Shown here: positions 13,656-25,354 of the stretch, piece by piece | Layout: every line of letters starts with the position of its first letter | Numbering within the stretch: position 1 is the first letter of the stretch | Source: Octopus vulgaris | Taxonomy: Eukaryota | DNA: 64,000 nt | Direction of reading: 5' to 3' | Assembly (NCBI GenBank): GCA_951406725.2 | Contig: OX597819.1 | Coordinates: forward strand, 24,366,001-24,430,000 | Position numbers and translations under genes: made by a program | Notes under the pieces: generated by a model | Databases searched by the model: none | Seen by the model: only the letters and a program-made list of their open reading frames with translations | What the model was told of the DNA's origin: nothing

Positions 13656-14206
13656 GGGAACGCCATATATAATTATATTCTATCTTTTCCTTCTTATTTA
13701 TATTTACCCCCAACCCGCTACCCACACATTCGCGATATTTTCAAACATTCAAACATCTGGATTACAAAAATTAAAACCGCTATCAAAGATCTTTACAAAC
13801 AAAAACACATATAATATACTATAACGCAAAAATAAACAGACCGATCAATGGTTTGTATTGAAATTGAATAATATGAAATACAAAACGCTACAGAGAAAAT
13901 TCATTCTATATACACCCCAAACACTGAATCATACAGCCAGTGTAAGTGAACAAGCATAAATCAGTTATTTTTTCCCTTTTTAAAATATTTTTTTTCGTTC
14001 TCACTGTATTTAGTTTTGTTAAAACATTGTACAGACTATAAGACTGCTAGGACACGAACAGAGTTGCCACATCTTGAAACAGGAACAAGAATTGGTTCTA
14101 TTGTATGGTTCGGTGTGAAGTTGTTACGTCAATGTTGCGTTATAAAGTTTGTATAGAACACTCAGAATGTCTGTCAAAATAAATTGCAAAAGAATGGAAT
14201 AAATAA

Positions 14207-14269
<63 letters not shown>

Positions 14270-14677
14270 TGTATGTATGTATGTATGTATGTATGTATGT
14301 ATGTATGTATGTATGTATGTATAAAGAAACAAAAAAAGGGTGCTTTTATGATGCAATTCAGCTGGATGCATTATAAATTCTCTGTAGGGTCTGAAACACT
14401 GACTTTATGTCTATTTGTATGTATACATGGATGGTAGTAAAGAAGGGTGCCTGGATGTATTTGTGAACGTGTGTGCACGGCTGCATGCATTGCCAACTGG
14501 TTAAGAAGCTCGCTTTGCAATGATATGGACTTAGGATCGCTTCCAGAGTAGAGTACCTTCAGCAAATGTCTCTTCACCATAACCCTGTGTTGAACTAAGG
14601 CATGTGAGTGAAAGCGGAAAGAAGAAAAACTGTTCGAAAACCTGTCCAATGGATTGTTCCAGCTATTTAAAGTATGC

Positions 14678-14902
14678 AAGCTGGCAGAAACGTTAGCACG
14701 CCGGGCGAAATGCGTATCCGTATTTCGTCTGCCCTTACGTTCTAGGTTCAAATTCCGCCGAGGTCGACTTTGCCTTTCATCCTTTCGGGGTCGATAAATT
14801 AAGTACCAGTTACGCACTGGGGTTGATGTAATCGACTCAATCCGTTTGTCTGTCCTTGTTTGTCCCCGCTGTGTTTAGTCCCTTGTGGGAAGTAAAGAAA
14901 TA
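14678..14902 (+). mobile_element. SINE family A, tail A, with 14-bp TSD
   Basis: TATTTAAAGTATGC at 14664-14677 and 14903-14916. Confidence 0.95.
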
Positions 14903-15048
14903 TATTTAAAGTATGCTTGCGTGTGTGTGTGTGCGTGTGTTCTCATTTGTAGCTTCAGAAATCTCTAAATATGTATGTGAGGACGATGATGTATATGAGG
15001 AATGAATACATGTACCATACGTGTGTGTGTGTCTGTGTATGTGTGTGC

Positions 15049-15083
<35 letters not shown>

Positions 15084-15093
15084 CGTGCGAGAG

Positions 15094-15144
<51 letters not shown>

Positions 15145-15159
15145 GAGAAGACAATGTTT

Positions 15160-16140
15160 CGAATCAAAGAGAAGGTATGTTGCAAAGGCTCATATGACTG
15201 TGAAGATAAATTTCTGATGACCAAAGCTATAGAAGTGACCGCAGAAGAAGGTCTAAGCAAAGGCCTAAGCAAAGCATAGGTTGACGACCAGAAGGCTTGT
15301 GACAGTATGTTTCACATATGGATCCTGGAAACATTAACCATGAGTCAAAGAGTATCGGTAATGAGAAGACACATAAAGCATGTCATGAGGAAGTAGTAAA
15401 AAGTTTTGCAGTTAAGGGCAAAAACAGGAATCATATAAAAAGGAAAAAGTTGAAATAAAACTATTCTTCCTTCATTTTTGGCGTAGCCCTGATATCATTC
15501 GCCAATATATGAAAGAAAATTGGATGCGGATACATATGCTATGATAAGACAATCGATCATCATCTTGTTTATAAATGATCTCAAGTTGTATGCTGCAAAT
15601 AATAAACAATTAGAAATACGTTTGCAATGAGTAAATTGATATAGCAGAGAAACTGATATGGAATTTGGATAAGAAAAACGCACTAAAGCAAACTTTTAAG
15701 AAGAAAATTTGGATGAATTTGGATCACTAATATAATAATAGATAATGGAACTAAGATAAGAGAATTGGATCTCACACAAATACACAAATATTTAGCGATA
15801 AATGAACTTAGATTGAGTAAAATACATATAATAAAAGGTTAGAAAGAAATATTAAGAAATATTAGAGTAATACTTAGATATGGCTAAATGTGAAAAAAAA
15901 ATATAGCAGTAAGCATTAATATGCTAGCTGTGTCAGTAATAATTTACAGTTGTAATGATATTAATTGGAGGCTACACGAACTAGCTAGAGTAGACAGAGA
16001 AAAAATAACTGCATTTAGAAGACACCTCCCAAATGTACCATAGATTATATCAAAACGAATATACGAACAGAGGGAGCTTATGTATTTTGAAATATATTGT
16101 AAAATAGCAGCTGTAGGACTACAAAAGATAAAGAAAAATT
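15160..16140 (+). pseudogene. Decayed reverse-transcriptase region of an R4/Dong-type (REL-endonuclease) LINE
   Basis: Broken frames give CCKGSYDCEDKFLMTKAI, LSKA*VDDQKACDSMFHIWILETL, LFINDLKLYAANNKQLE (YMDD region), MEFG*EKR and KYLAINEL; many stops. Confidence 0.75.
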
Positions 16141-16611
16141 AATACAAAAAGTAACCAATTCTAGTTCAAATTCTATAGAAGTCGACTTTGCCTTTCATCC
16201 TTTCGAGGTCTATAAATTAAGTACCAGCTAAGAACTGGAGTCGATATAACCGAATTGTCCCCTTCTTGATAACTTGCTAGCCTTGTGCTAATATAATGAA
16301 GCAAAGTAGAGTTAGTGCCGAATATAACGAAATAGAGAATCAAGTATGAAAAGCCAAACTGTCTCTGGTTTCGCAGAGACAGATCAGAAAATAATTGATC
16401 CATGAGCTTGTAAGAAGAGCTAGGAGTTATGAACATTAGAATGTTATGCCAGCATTATGAAACGGGAAAGATGCGGTTTAGGGATATGCTAGAAAAGGTT
16501 TGCAATAATGGCGAAGTAATCATGGTCTAGGATATTCCGAAACATACAGTGACACAGATGAAGATTAATTGACAAGGTAATCTTATTAAGGGCTATCAGT
16601 ATAGGGAAGGT

Positions 16612-16661
16612 TCCTTCTTCTTCTTCTTCTTCTTCTTCTTCTTCTTCTTCTTCTTCTTCTT

Positions 16662-16692
<31 letters not shown>

Positions 16693-16761
16693 ACGTCGTG
16701 GAGGTTATTGTTATCATCATCATCATCATCATCATCGTCATCATCATCATCATCATCATCG

Positions 16762-16805
<44 letters not shown>

Positions 16806-16855
16806 GTCGTCATCATCATCATCATCATCATCATCATTACTATTATTATTATTAC

Positions 16856-16892
<37 letters not shown>

Positions 16893-16917
16893 GTTGCTGT
16901 TGTTGTTATTATTATTA
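16612..16917. repeat. Compound trinucleotide microsatellite (TTC)n-(ATC)n-(ATT)n
   Basis: Directly visible. Confidence 0.95.
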
Positions 16918-17394
16918 GTTTATGTTAGCATTATTAGTATTACTGTAAGTATTTTTATCCACCACTTTCACTATCACCTCGCTGGTCCATGCACAACCCC
17001 ACCCAAACATCGTGTATACCATCGTTGCGTAAAGGTGACGGCAAGCCAAATACCCACGTTCTTGCCAATATCTCCGGCTGTTCTATTCCTAAGAACCAGG
17101 TTCTGTGGCCATCAGCCTATAGAAAAAATATTGGTACACTGATTCTATCTGACAATCGCGTTGAGTTTCCAGCCCTTACAGATTAAGCATACGCTTCCAT
17201 ATACCCTGATTTATGCAATGGAATACTCATCAACCAAAACTTCTTCTAGCTTTCCTTTTGAGGGTATATGGGAATCATTTTGGTTTTTTTTTAAAATCAA
17301 AGATACACGCTCTTCTCCACGCTTTCTTGAATAACTTTGATGGGCAAACAAGCTCTGGCTTTTCTATCATATATCATTGCACATATATCATTAG

Positions 17395-17731
17395 TGAAGG
17401 CGCATGGCTCAGTGGTTAGAGCGTCGAGCTTACGATCGTGAGGTTGTGAGCTCGAATCCCGGACCGGGCTGCGTGTTGTGTTCTTGAGCAAGGCACTTTA
17501 TTTCACGTTGCTCCAGTTCACTCAGCTGTAGAAATGAGTTGCGACGTCACTGGTGCCAAGCTGTATCGACCTTTGTCTTTCCCTTGGATAACACTGGTGG
17601 CGTGGAGAGGGGTGGCCGGTATGCATGGGCGGCTGCTGGTCTTCCATAAATAACCTCGCCCGGACTTGTGTCTTGGAGGGTAACTTTCTAGGTGCAATCC
17701 CATGGTCTGTGTCGTGACCGAAGGGGTTCTC
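17395..17731 (+). mobile_element. Full-length tRNA-derived SINE family C
   Basis: A box TGGCTCAGTGG, B box GCTCGAATCC, CORE-like centre; reverse copies at 37310-37605 and 57455-57752. Confidence 0.9.
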
Positions 17732-18185
17732 CGATCATTGCACTCCTGATTTCATTTTTCTCCGGATGGGTTCAAGTCTCGCCACCACGTTTGCAAAAAT
17801 AAAAACAAACAAACAAACAAACAAAAAATGATGGCAATGTTGTTGCTCTTGTACGAATTGTTTCTCGTTCAAATCAATGCTTTCGACACTAAAGTTTTCT
17901 TTCTCTGTCTTTCTTTTGTTACATTGTACGACTGTAAGTGTTTAAGCCTGAAGCTGTGTCTCCATGATTGAGTTTTTGCATTGCTTTCTTTTTTTTTTTT
18001 TCTTCAATCTCATTTTTTTATCTGAAAATAATTTGAAGAAGTATTTGTGACTAACAATACAGAGAGAGTACCACTTCCTGGCACTTGTAGGGATACTCTG
18101 TAAAGAAAGGAAGAACAATACAAATTACTATTTGCCAGCATACACACACACACACATAGACATACACACACATGCATGTACACAG

Positions 18186-18229
<44 letters not shown>

Positions 18230-18299
18230 GTATATAAATACATACATACATGCATACATACATACATACATACATACACACATACATACTGTATCTAAG

Positions 18300-18342
<43 letters not shown>

Positions 18343-19083
18343 ATATATATATACTTAGATAGACACACACAAACACACACAGAAGCACACACAGACATAC
18401 ACACACACAAGCACACACACACGCACACACACAAACACATATATACATATATATGTAAACATTTTAAAATGTTTTAAGGCAAACATTTTTGTACGCCAGT
18501 TAATGGGGTGGACAGCTACAGAATCCCTATATTTTTTGTGTTAGGAAAACTGGAGCAACAACACTAACAACAACAACAACAACAAAAACAACAACAATAA
18601 TAATAGTAATAATAATAACAGTAACAACAATGATAACAACAATACTAACAAGTACATAATGAAGTGACAGCATGGTATGTGAAATCATATAGCTGACATG
18701 GGCTCCCTCTTTGTTCCCGTCGGTGTCGTCACAGCTATGGTAAAATTTGTCTCGTTTTCTCAATCAAATATTTGATTAACAACAAACAAGTTTTTGTCCT
18801 TGACTCACACCTGTACCTTTCTTTTTTTTTTGTAGTCGTAGTTTTCGTTGCTTATCTTATATATATATATATTTCTTTTATATATCTCTGAATAAATAGT
18901 AATAGGTAAAATTCCAGTCCGAATTTTCGTCTGTAAGCGCCAAAGCTAATTTCAGTCAGTTTGTCAGGAAGAGCAGTAGGACAACCATTTACTACAGACT
19001 GTGACAAGCAAATGTTAGATGGGAGATTGCTGTTAAAGGGATGCGATACGTATGTATCTATGTATGTGTCTGCTTCACAACCA

Positions 19084-19117
<34 letters not shown>

Positions 19118-19172
19118 TACACACACACACATATTGCTTACGGATATATATATATATATATATATATGTCAG

Positions 19173-19223
<51 letters not shown>

Positions 19224-19298
19224 AGCTTAGAGAAGAAGAAGAAACCAAACCAAACCAAACGAATCGGATCGAATCGACGCGAAGGCGCTCACTCATAC

Positions 19299-19592
19299 AA
19301 TAGTGTAATAAATAAAATATATGCATACATACATACATATATGTACGTACCTACATCTACATGTATATATACATGCCTATATAAATATATATACGTGAGT
19401 ACAGGACACCACAAATAGACATAGAACTCAAAGAGAAACGAAAACGTAAAAACAAACATGGAAACGGACCTTCGTTTCTCGTTGAGTTCTACGTTTATTT
19501 GTGGTGTCCTGTACTCACGTATATATATTTATATATGCATTTATATATACATGTAGATGTATGTATGCATATATTTTATTTATTACACTATT
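19299..19592. repeat. Fold-back (inverted) copy of an interspersed element within TA-rich sequence
   Basis: Arms 19299-19442 and 19471-19592 are reverse complements; homologous to 53143-53300. Confidence 0.85.
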
Positions 19593-19911
19593 TATATATA
19601 TATATATATGTATGTATATATATATATATATATATCCAACATAGAGGCTATTATCAACATTCTTGAGTAGAGTACTTGAAAATTTGTGAACTCCCTAAAC
19701 TATTGGCTGCACTGTCAGTTCGCAAATGAATATTCACCCACCAAATGAAGTTCTCACTGTTTGATACTATTGTATACATACATACATACATACATACATA
19801 CATGCACACATACATACATACATACATACACACACACATACATACATACATACATACATACATACATACATACATACATACATACATACATACATACATA
19901 CATACATAGTG

Positions 19912-20615
19912 TGAAGTTAACACCGAAAGTATCACCCGCATCATAAGCAGTTGTCCGAAAATGTCATTACGTTTTTTCTACCGATGAGATAGGATGTTGT
20001 AGTTAGGACACTGTATAATGCGATCTGTCGGGAGGATAACTCCATAGCCAAAGAAATAAGAACCTACAGTATAGTAGAAGCCATAGCAACTCATAAAGGT
20101 GTACTGATGGAATGTCCCAGTGAAAACCTCAAGAAATGCAAACAAAATATACCTGACATGCTAATTTGGGATAGAGAAGAGAAACTCTGTACAGTTGTGG
20201 AAATCGGCTGCCCAACGAAAAAGAAAATATCTACGCTGAACTATTGAGGAATCTACAGGTACTCCATCAAGTTTACAAGTTAATTTTTATACCTGTAATT
20301 ATTGGGGCCCTGGATATGTAACACACTGCCTAAATACCAATCTTGAGAAATTGGGCTTCTTAAAACCAGAAAGCAGGGAAGCTGATCCATCACTAGAACT
20401 GTAAAAATGTTTAAAACTTGCCAGAAGTTTATCATTTAAATATATATGAGCACTTCTAGATATGCAACTATACGCATGAGAATACATACATAAAACAAAA
20501 CATAAAAATATGAACATACATACAAAAATAGCCTGTTGATGTTGAAATTCCAATAACAGAGGCATAGATCTAGGTTAGATATAGGCTCAAGAAATCTTGA
20601 AATAAAACTGAATAA
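19912..20615 (+). pseudogene. R4/Dong-type LINE C-terminus (zinc-knuckle end plus REL endonuclease) and 3' UTR, decayed
   Basis: ITRIISSCPKMS, WNVPVKTS, PDMLIWDREEKLCTVVEIGCP, IPVIIGALGYVTHCLNTNLEKLGF; ends in an (AAT)n array. Confidence 0.8.
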
Positions 20616-20750
20616 TGACATACTACAACAACGATGACAATAATAATAATAATGATACTAATAATAATAATAAAAATAATAATAATAATAATGATGATAA
20701 TAATAATGATGATAATAATAATAATAATAATAATTATTATTATTATTATA

Positions 20751-20809
<59 letters not shown>

Positions 20810-20810
<1 letters not shown>

Positions 20811-21320
20811 CGGACAACCAAACCAAATAAACCAGATGTTATTGTGAAAGACCAAAACAATAAAGTCTGTTTATTGATTGACACGAGCATACCCTGTTAC
20901 CAAAACATTTCAGCAAAAGAATTTAAGAAGCTCAGAAAATATGAAGATTCGCTAATCGAAATAGAAGCATTTGGAATGATCAAAAAAGAAAATGAAAATT
21001 ATTTAAGAATGATCCCTGGTTTATCATCCATGCAGGAAGTACAATAGAGTGTCTTAACTGGTACGTCACATGTACTAAGAAGAGCATTGTCGCTGTGAAT
21101 TTTCTTTCCATTTTTACCCCTTTATTTTATTTGTTTACTTTTTTAGTTTTTTAAATTTTTTCCTTTTACTCACTTTCTTCCTATTTTTCTCTATCACATG
21201 ACTTTGCATATGAACAATCTGCTGTGTTTATTTTGATGGCCTACCAATATATACATTTCTCTGCCCTAGGTGTGAGGAAGTCACTCGGCAAGGAACGGAA
21301 ACAGAATTGAAAGATGCTAA
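20810..21320 (+). pseudogene. Second, different R4/Dong-type LINE 3' end
   Basis: TKPNKPDVIVKDQNNKVCLLIDTSIP...AFGMIKK...VLTGTSHVLRRALSL*, then UTR and a (TAA)n tail. Confidence 0.8.
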
Positions 21321-21333
21321 TAACAACAACAAC

Positions 21334-21391
<58 letters not shown>

Positions 21392-21403
21392 TTAATAATA
21401 ATA

Positions 21404-21961
21404 AAATGCCCTGATGCAGTACCAGGCAGTGGCTCTCATGGCTTCTGATCTTAACTGATTGGAAGTGCTATCATGTACATTGTTTTGTCTTGGTATAAAA
21501 GATGGGCTACAGCAAATATTCTGCTCAATACCACAGTTTTACTTGTCAGTTGTTTGACCTTAAGCAGTTGAGCATGTCCCTTGGTGGCTGACGATATGTG
21601 CATTTCTGATCACGAGCAGAAATAGTGGGGGAGAATCATAGCCATGTGTTGAGAGGGATTCTTTGGGGTTTGAATAATTCACCTCTGGAAACATGGGTGG
21701 TTCTTTCAACATCATTAAATGACCCTTATTCAGGGACCTTTTGAGCGGGATGGGTTACCCGACAAGAAGAAAATTCTAACTGGGCTCCACCTGCAAGGTC
21801 ATGTGCTGTTTATCTTGATATGAGATCACCATGTCGCGTACATATGGTTGTGATGCATGTGCCTAGTGTACCTTTATCAGACGGGTAGTCATGATGGGTA
21901 TACTGGGCTTCGTATATTTTACCCCAGTGTTACTTTGATGGCATGCACTGCTCTCTCGCTC
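21404..21961 (+). mobile_element. ~560-bp non-coding insert between two (AAT)n arrays (probable non-autonomous retroelement)
   Basis: Complex sequence sharply bounded by (AAT)n on both sides, with no ORF. Single copy in this window, so repeat status is inferred. Confidence 0.55.
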
Positions 21962-22014
<53 letters not shown>

Positions 22015-22304
22015 CAACTACGATAATAATGATAATCCTTTCTACTATAAGCCCGAAATTTTGTGGATAGGAGCTAGTACTTCATCGATTTCAGTACTCA
22101 ACTGGTTCATATTTCATTGACCCTGAAAAGAGCAAAAAGACAGAAATTCTGAAAGGTTCTTATTTCATCAACCCCGAAATGTAAAATCTGTCCCGCAGGA
22201 ATTTGAAATCAGTATGTAAAGAGTCGGAAGAAGCGCTCCTTAGCAATTTGTCCACTACACTATCGATTTTGTCAGCTCGCTCTTAATAATGATAATAATA
22301 TCGG

Positions 22305-22515
22305 TTTTAAATTTTGACACAAGGCCAGTAATTTCGGGAAAGGGAGTAAGTCGATTACATCACCGTAGTGCTCAACGAGTTCTCACTTTATCGACGCCGA
22401 AATGATGAAAAGCAAAGTCGACCTCGGCGGAATTTGAACTCTGAATGTAAAGACGGACGAAATGCTGTAAAGCATTTTCCACGGCGCGGGAACGATTCTG
22501 CCAACTCGCCGCCTT
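22305..22515 (-). mobile_element. SINE family A, tail type B
   Basis: GATGAAAAGCAAAGTCGACCTCGGCGGAATTTGAACTC is the reverse complement of the family A body. Confidence 0.85.
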
Positions 22516-22899
22516 ACTTAATAATATTGATTTCAAATTTTGGTACAAGGCCATCAATTTTGGGGGAAAAGGCATTAGTCGATTACATCTGTAATTAGTG
22601 GTTACTTATGTTTATCAAACCCCGAAAAATGAAAACATTTGACTCCGAGTGGTACTCGAACTCAGCTTGTAAAGAGACGCAACTAAATACCACAAGGTTT
22701 TTCTTTTTTTATCTGTGGTTCCACTAATTCTGCTAATTCACTGCACTGTGCTCATAAATGTAATCCTCGACAAGGTTCAGTTGATTTAAAATAAAATCAC
22801 CCGATCTCTATCATGTTCCAAACATCTCTTCTTCGAAGAAACAATATGGCGCTTTAGAAGTAAAAATAAAAAACAACATTATAATAAAATAAGGGCTAT

Positions 22900-23190
22900 T
22901 GACAATGGTGATGATGATAAAGCTGCAGATGTTGCTACTGAGGATGGTGGTGAAGACACTGATGATAAGGGTGATAATAATTTTGGAGATGACGATGATG
23001 ATGATAATGGCGATGATGCTAACGACGACGAAGATGATGAGGATGATGATGACGTTCACGATAAGAATGAGGATAATGTTGACGAGGATTATGATGATGA
23101 AGGTGATGATGATGATGATGGTAGTGATGAGGATGAGGATGATGGTGATGATGATGATGATGATGATGATGGTAGTGATGAGGATGAAGG

Positions 23191-23252
<62 letters not shown>

Positions 23253-23268
23253 GTGATGATGAGGGTAG

Positions 23269-23312
<44 letters not shown>

Positions 23313-23337
23313 GTAGTGATGAGGATGATGGTGATGT
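22900..23337. repeat. Degenerate (GAT)n microsatellite
   Basis: Directly visible. Confidence 0.95.
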
Positions 23338-23654
23338 AGGAAAGTAATGCCTGCTAATTGGCGGATGAACGCAAAGATAAATCTGATTACGAAACAATGC
23401 GGAGAGTTGTGTGGCATTCCCTAAGTTTAAACATAAATATGTAAAATAAAATTAATGTTGATTAACTAAAGATTGCATGAAGGTTATTTGCTCATGTCTT
23501 TAAAACAAAACGAAACGTGTTCCGAAAACCAAATGTAATGACAAGAAAGATAACAAAAGTCTGTAATCCAATCGGACTTACTCATGACACGTCTTTTCTG
23601 TGATTCCTCTTACTTCACCAGATTTTCGCATTTTAATTGTGTCTGTAGTGATCC

Positions 23655-24000
23655 TATACAACGGTGCGCGCTCGCGCACCGTCCATTTTCTATTTCGCGC
23701 GTGTTGGTGCCTTCACCAAGGCAGAGAGAGGAAGGGCCCTCTCGCGCATGCGCGAAGCACCGGAAGAAGAACCCTTTTGCCTACGTAGCAGTTAGCCGAG
23801 GCAAGGGGGTCGTAAGACGTTGACCACCATCGTCCAGCAAGCAGCGACTTGAGACAGCAGCGACTGAAGGCGACGGTCACGTATATTTTCTCTCCGTGCG
23901 AACTAGATTCTAGCAGCACCTTACCAAAAGGCCTTTAACCAAATTGTTGCAGACCAACATCGTCTCCATTGTTCGCCGCCATCTTTGACCAGTGTCGTTT
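23655..24000. promoter_or_regulatory. CpG-rich promoter-like island
   Basis: Strong local CpG enrichment with NRF1-type palindrome TCGCGCATGCGCGA (23742-23755), ETS-type CCGGAAG (23760-23766), E2F-type TTTCGCGC (23693-23700) and YY1-type CCGCCATCTT (23976-23985). Confidence 0.6.
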
Positions 24001-24497
24001 TGCATTTGAACACTTTCTTATTTTACAGAGATAAGGTTCAGCACGACACATTTATACCAAAGGGATACCAGATAACCACTTATTGTTACTGTTACCACAT
24101 TAGAGAATAAAGTAGTATATATATCTTTTACGTCTGCGTCTTGTTGTTTCTGACTGGTAGAATTCTGGATTATGAAAGCAACGGCTAGTACAAGAGAATT
24201 CACTCACACAAGTTCGTTACGTGTTTTTTTCTTTTTAAACAAGCACTTGTAGAATTAGTACATTTTTAACGTTTCTGTTTCTCCTTCTTATTCGTCTGAC
24301 ACACATATGTGTGTGTGTGTGTGTGTTTGTTTGTGTGTGAGTATAGATATCAGTGTAATGCACATTACGAAAGTGCTACTAAAAGTTTCGTACTTTTTGA
24401 TATGCTTAAAATAGGCAGATTTATAAAACCCACCATGCATCACCAAGCAATCTTTCAAGCAAGATTCTTTATATGAGTTCGTGTGTTGAAGCATATT

Positions 24498-24771
24498 CTG
24501 TTGTGTCTGGGGAGAGTCATTTTCTTTTTGTGCCTTATAATATAACACACTCACCGGTAAAATTTTCACTTTTTTCTTATTTTTATTTTCCTAAAATTTT
24601 CGTTGCGTCATGCAACCTTTTCAATAGTTTTGACTTTTGAGAGTCAAAACTATTGAAAAGGTTGCAAGACGCAACGAAAAGTTTAGGAAAATAAGAAAAA
24701 GTGGAAATTTTACCGGTGAGTGTGTTATATTATAAGGCACAAAAACAAAATGACTCTCTCCAGACACAACA

Positions 24772-24772
<1 letters not shown>
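24498..24772. repeat. Near-perfect fold-back, ~135-bp arms and 6-nt loop, abutting (TA)n
   Basis: 24498-24635 versus 24642-24772 are reverse complements, with a few substitutions and one short indel. Confidence 0.9.
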
Positions 24773-24806
<34 letters not shown>

Positions 24807-25260
24807 CATATATGGTTTTTCTTATTTTATGTATATAGATACATAAAATTAGGGGAAAATAACTGCTGCATTGTGTTACAAATAAGACTTTCTATTATAG
24901 GCACAGGATATGGAATTTTGCAGGAGAGGGCAACGTGCTCAAGCAGAACAGTGGCTGAGGCAAAAACATCAACGCATAGAACTCATACGACATTTAGACA
25001 GATCACAGTGGCTCCACACGTAGCAATAGAAAGACCGAGCCTCAACGGGAGACAGGAATGGAACAATAACACCCACCTCCACACCACACCACACCACACC
25101 ACACCACATAACATGACGAGAAACAAAGAAACTGTATAAAGAGAGCACGGATACAAAAATACACACACGTAAACACACACGCAAACTCAGACGCATGCGC
25201 ATATAAAGATACATATCACAGAAGAACAGAATAGACAAGAGCACAAATCAAAACAGAAAG

Positions 25261-25305
25261 TATCTCTGAGGAGGTCACAGATGTGTGACGAAAGATTTCC
25301 GGACA
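25261..25305 (+). ncRNA. Degenerate hammerhead-like motif
   Basis: CTGAGGA-G-GTCACA(GATG)TGTGAC-GAAA: intact core boxes around a perfect 6-bp helix II; helices I and III are imperfect. Confidence 0.45.
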
Positions 25306-25354
25306 ATGGACATGAGTTAGAATAAGAACGGTAATAAATGAGTGAATCACGAAT

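Noticed and set aside
16980-17385. Possible decayed LINE coding fragment on the minus strand
   Set aside because: No motif I could assign with confidence.
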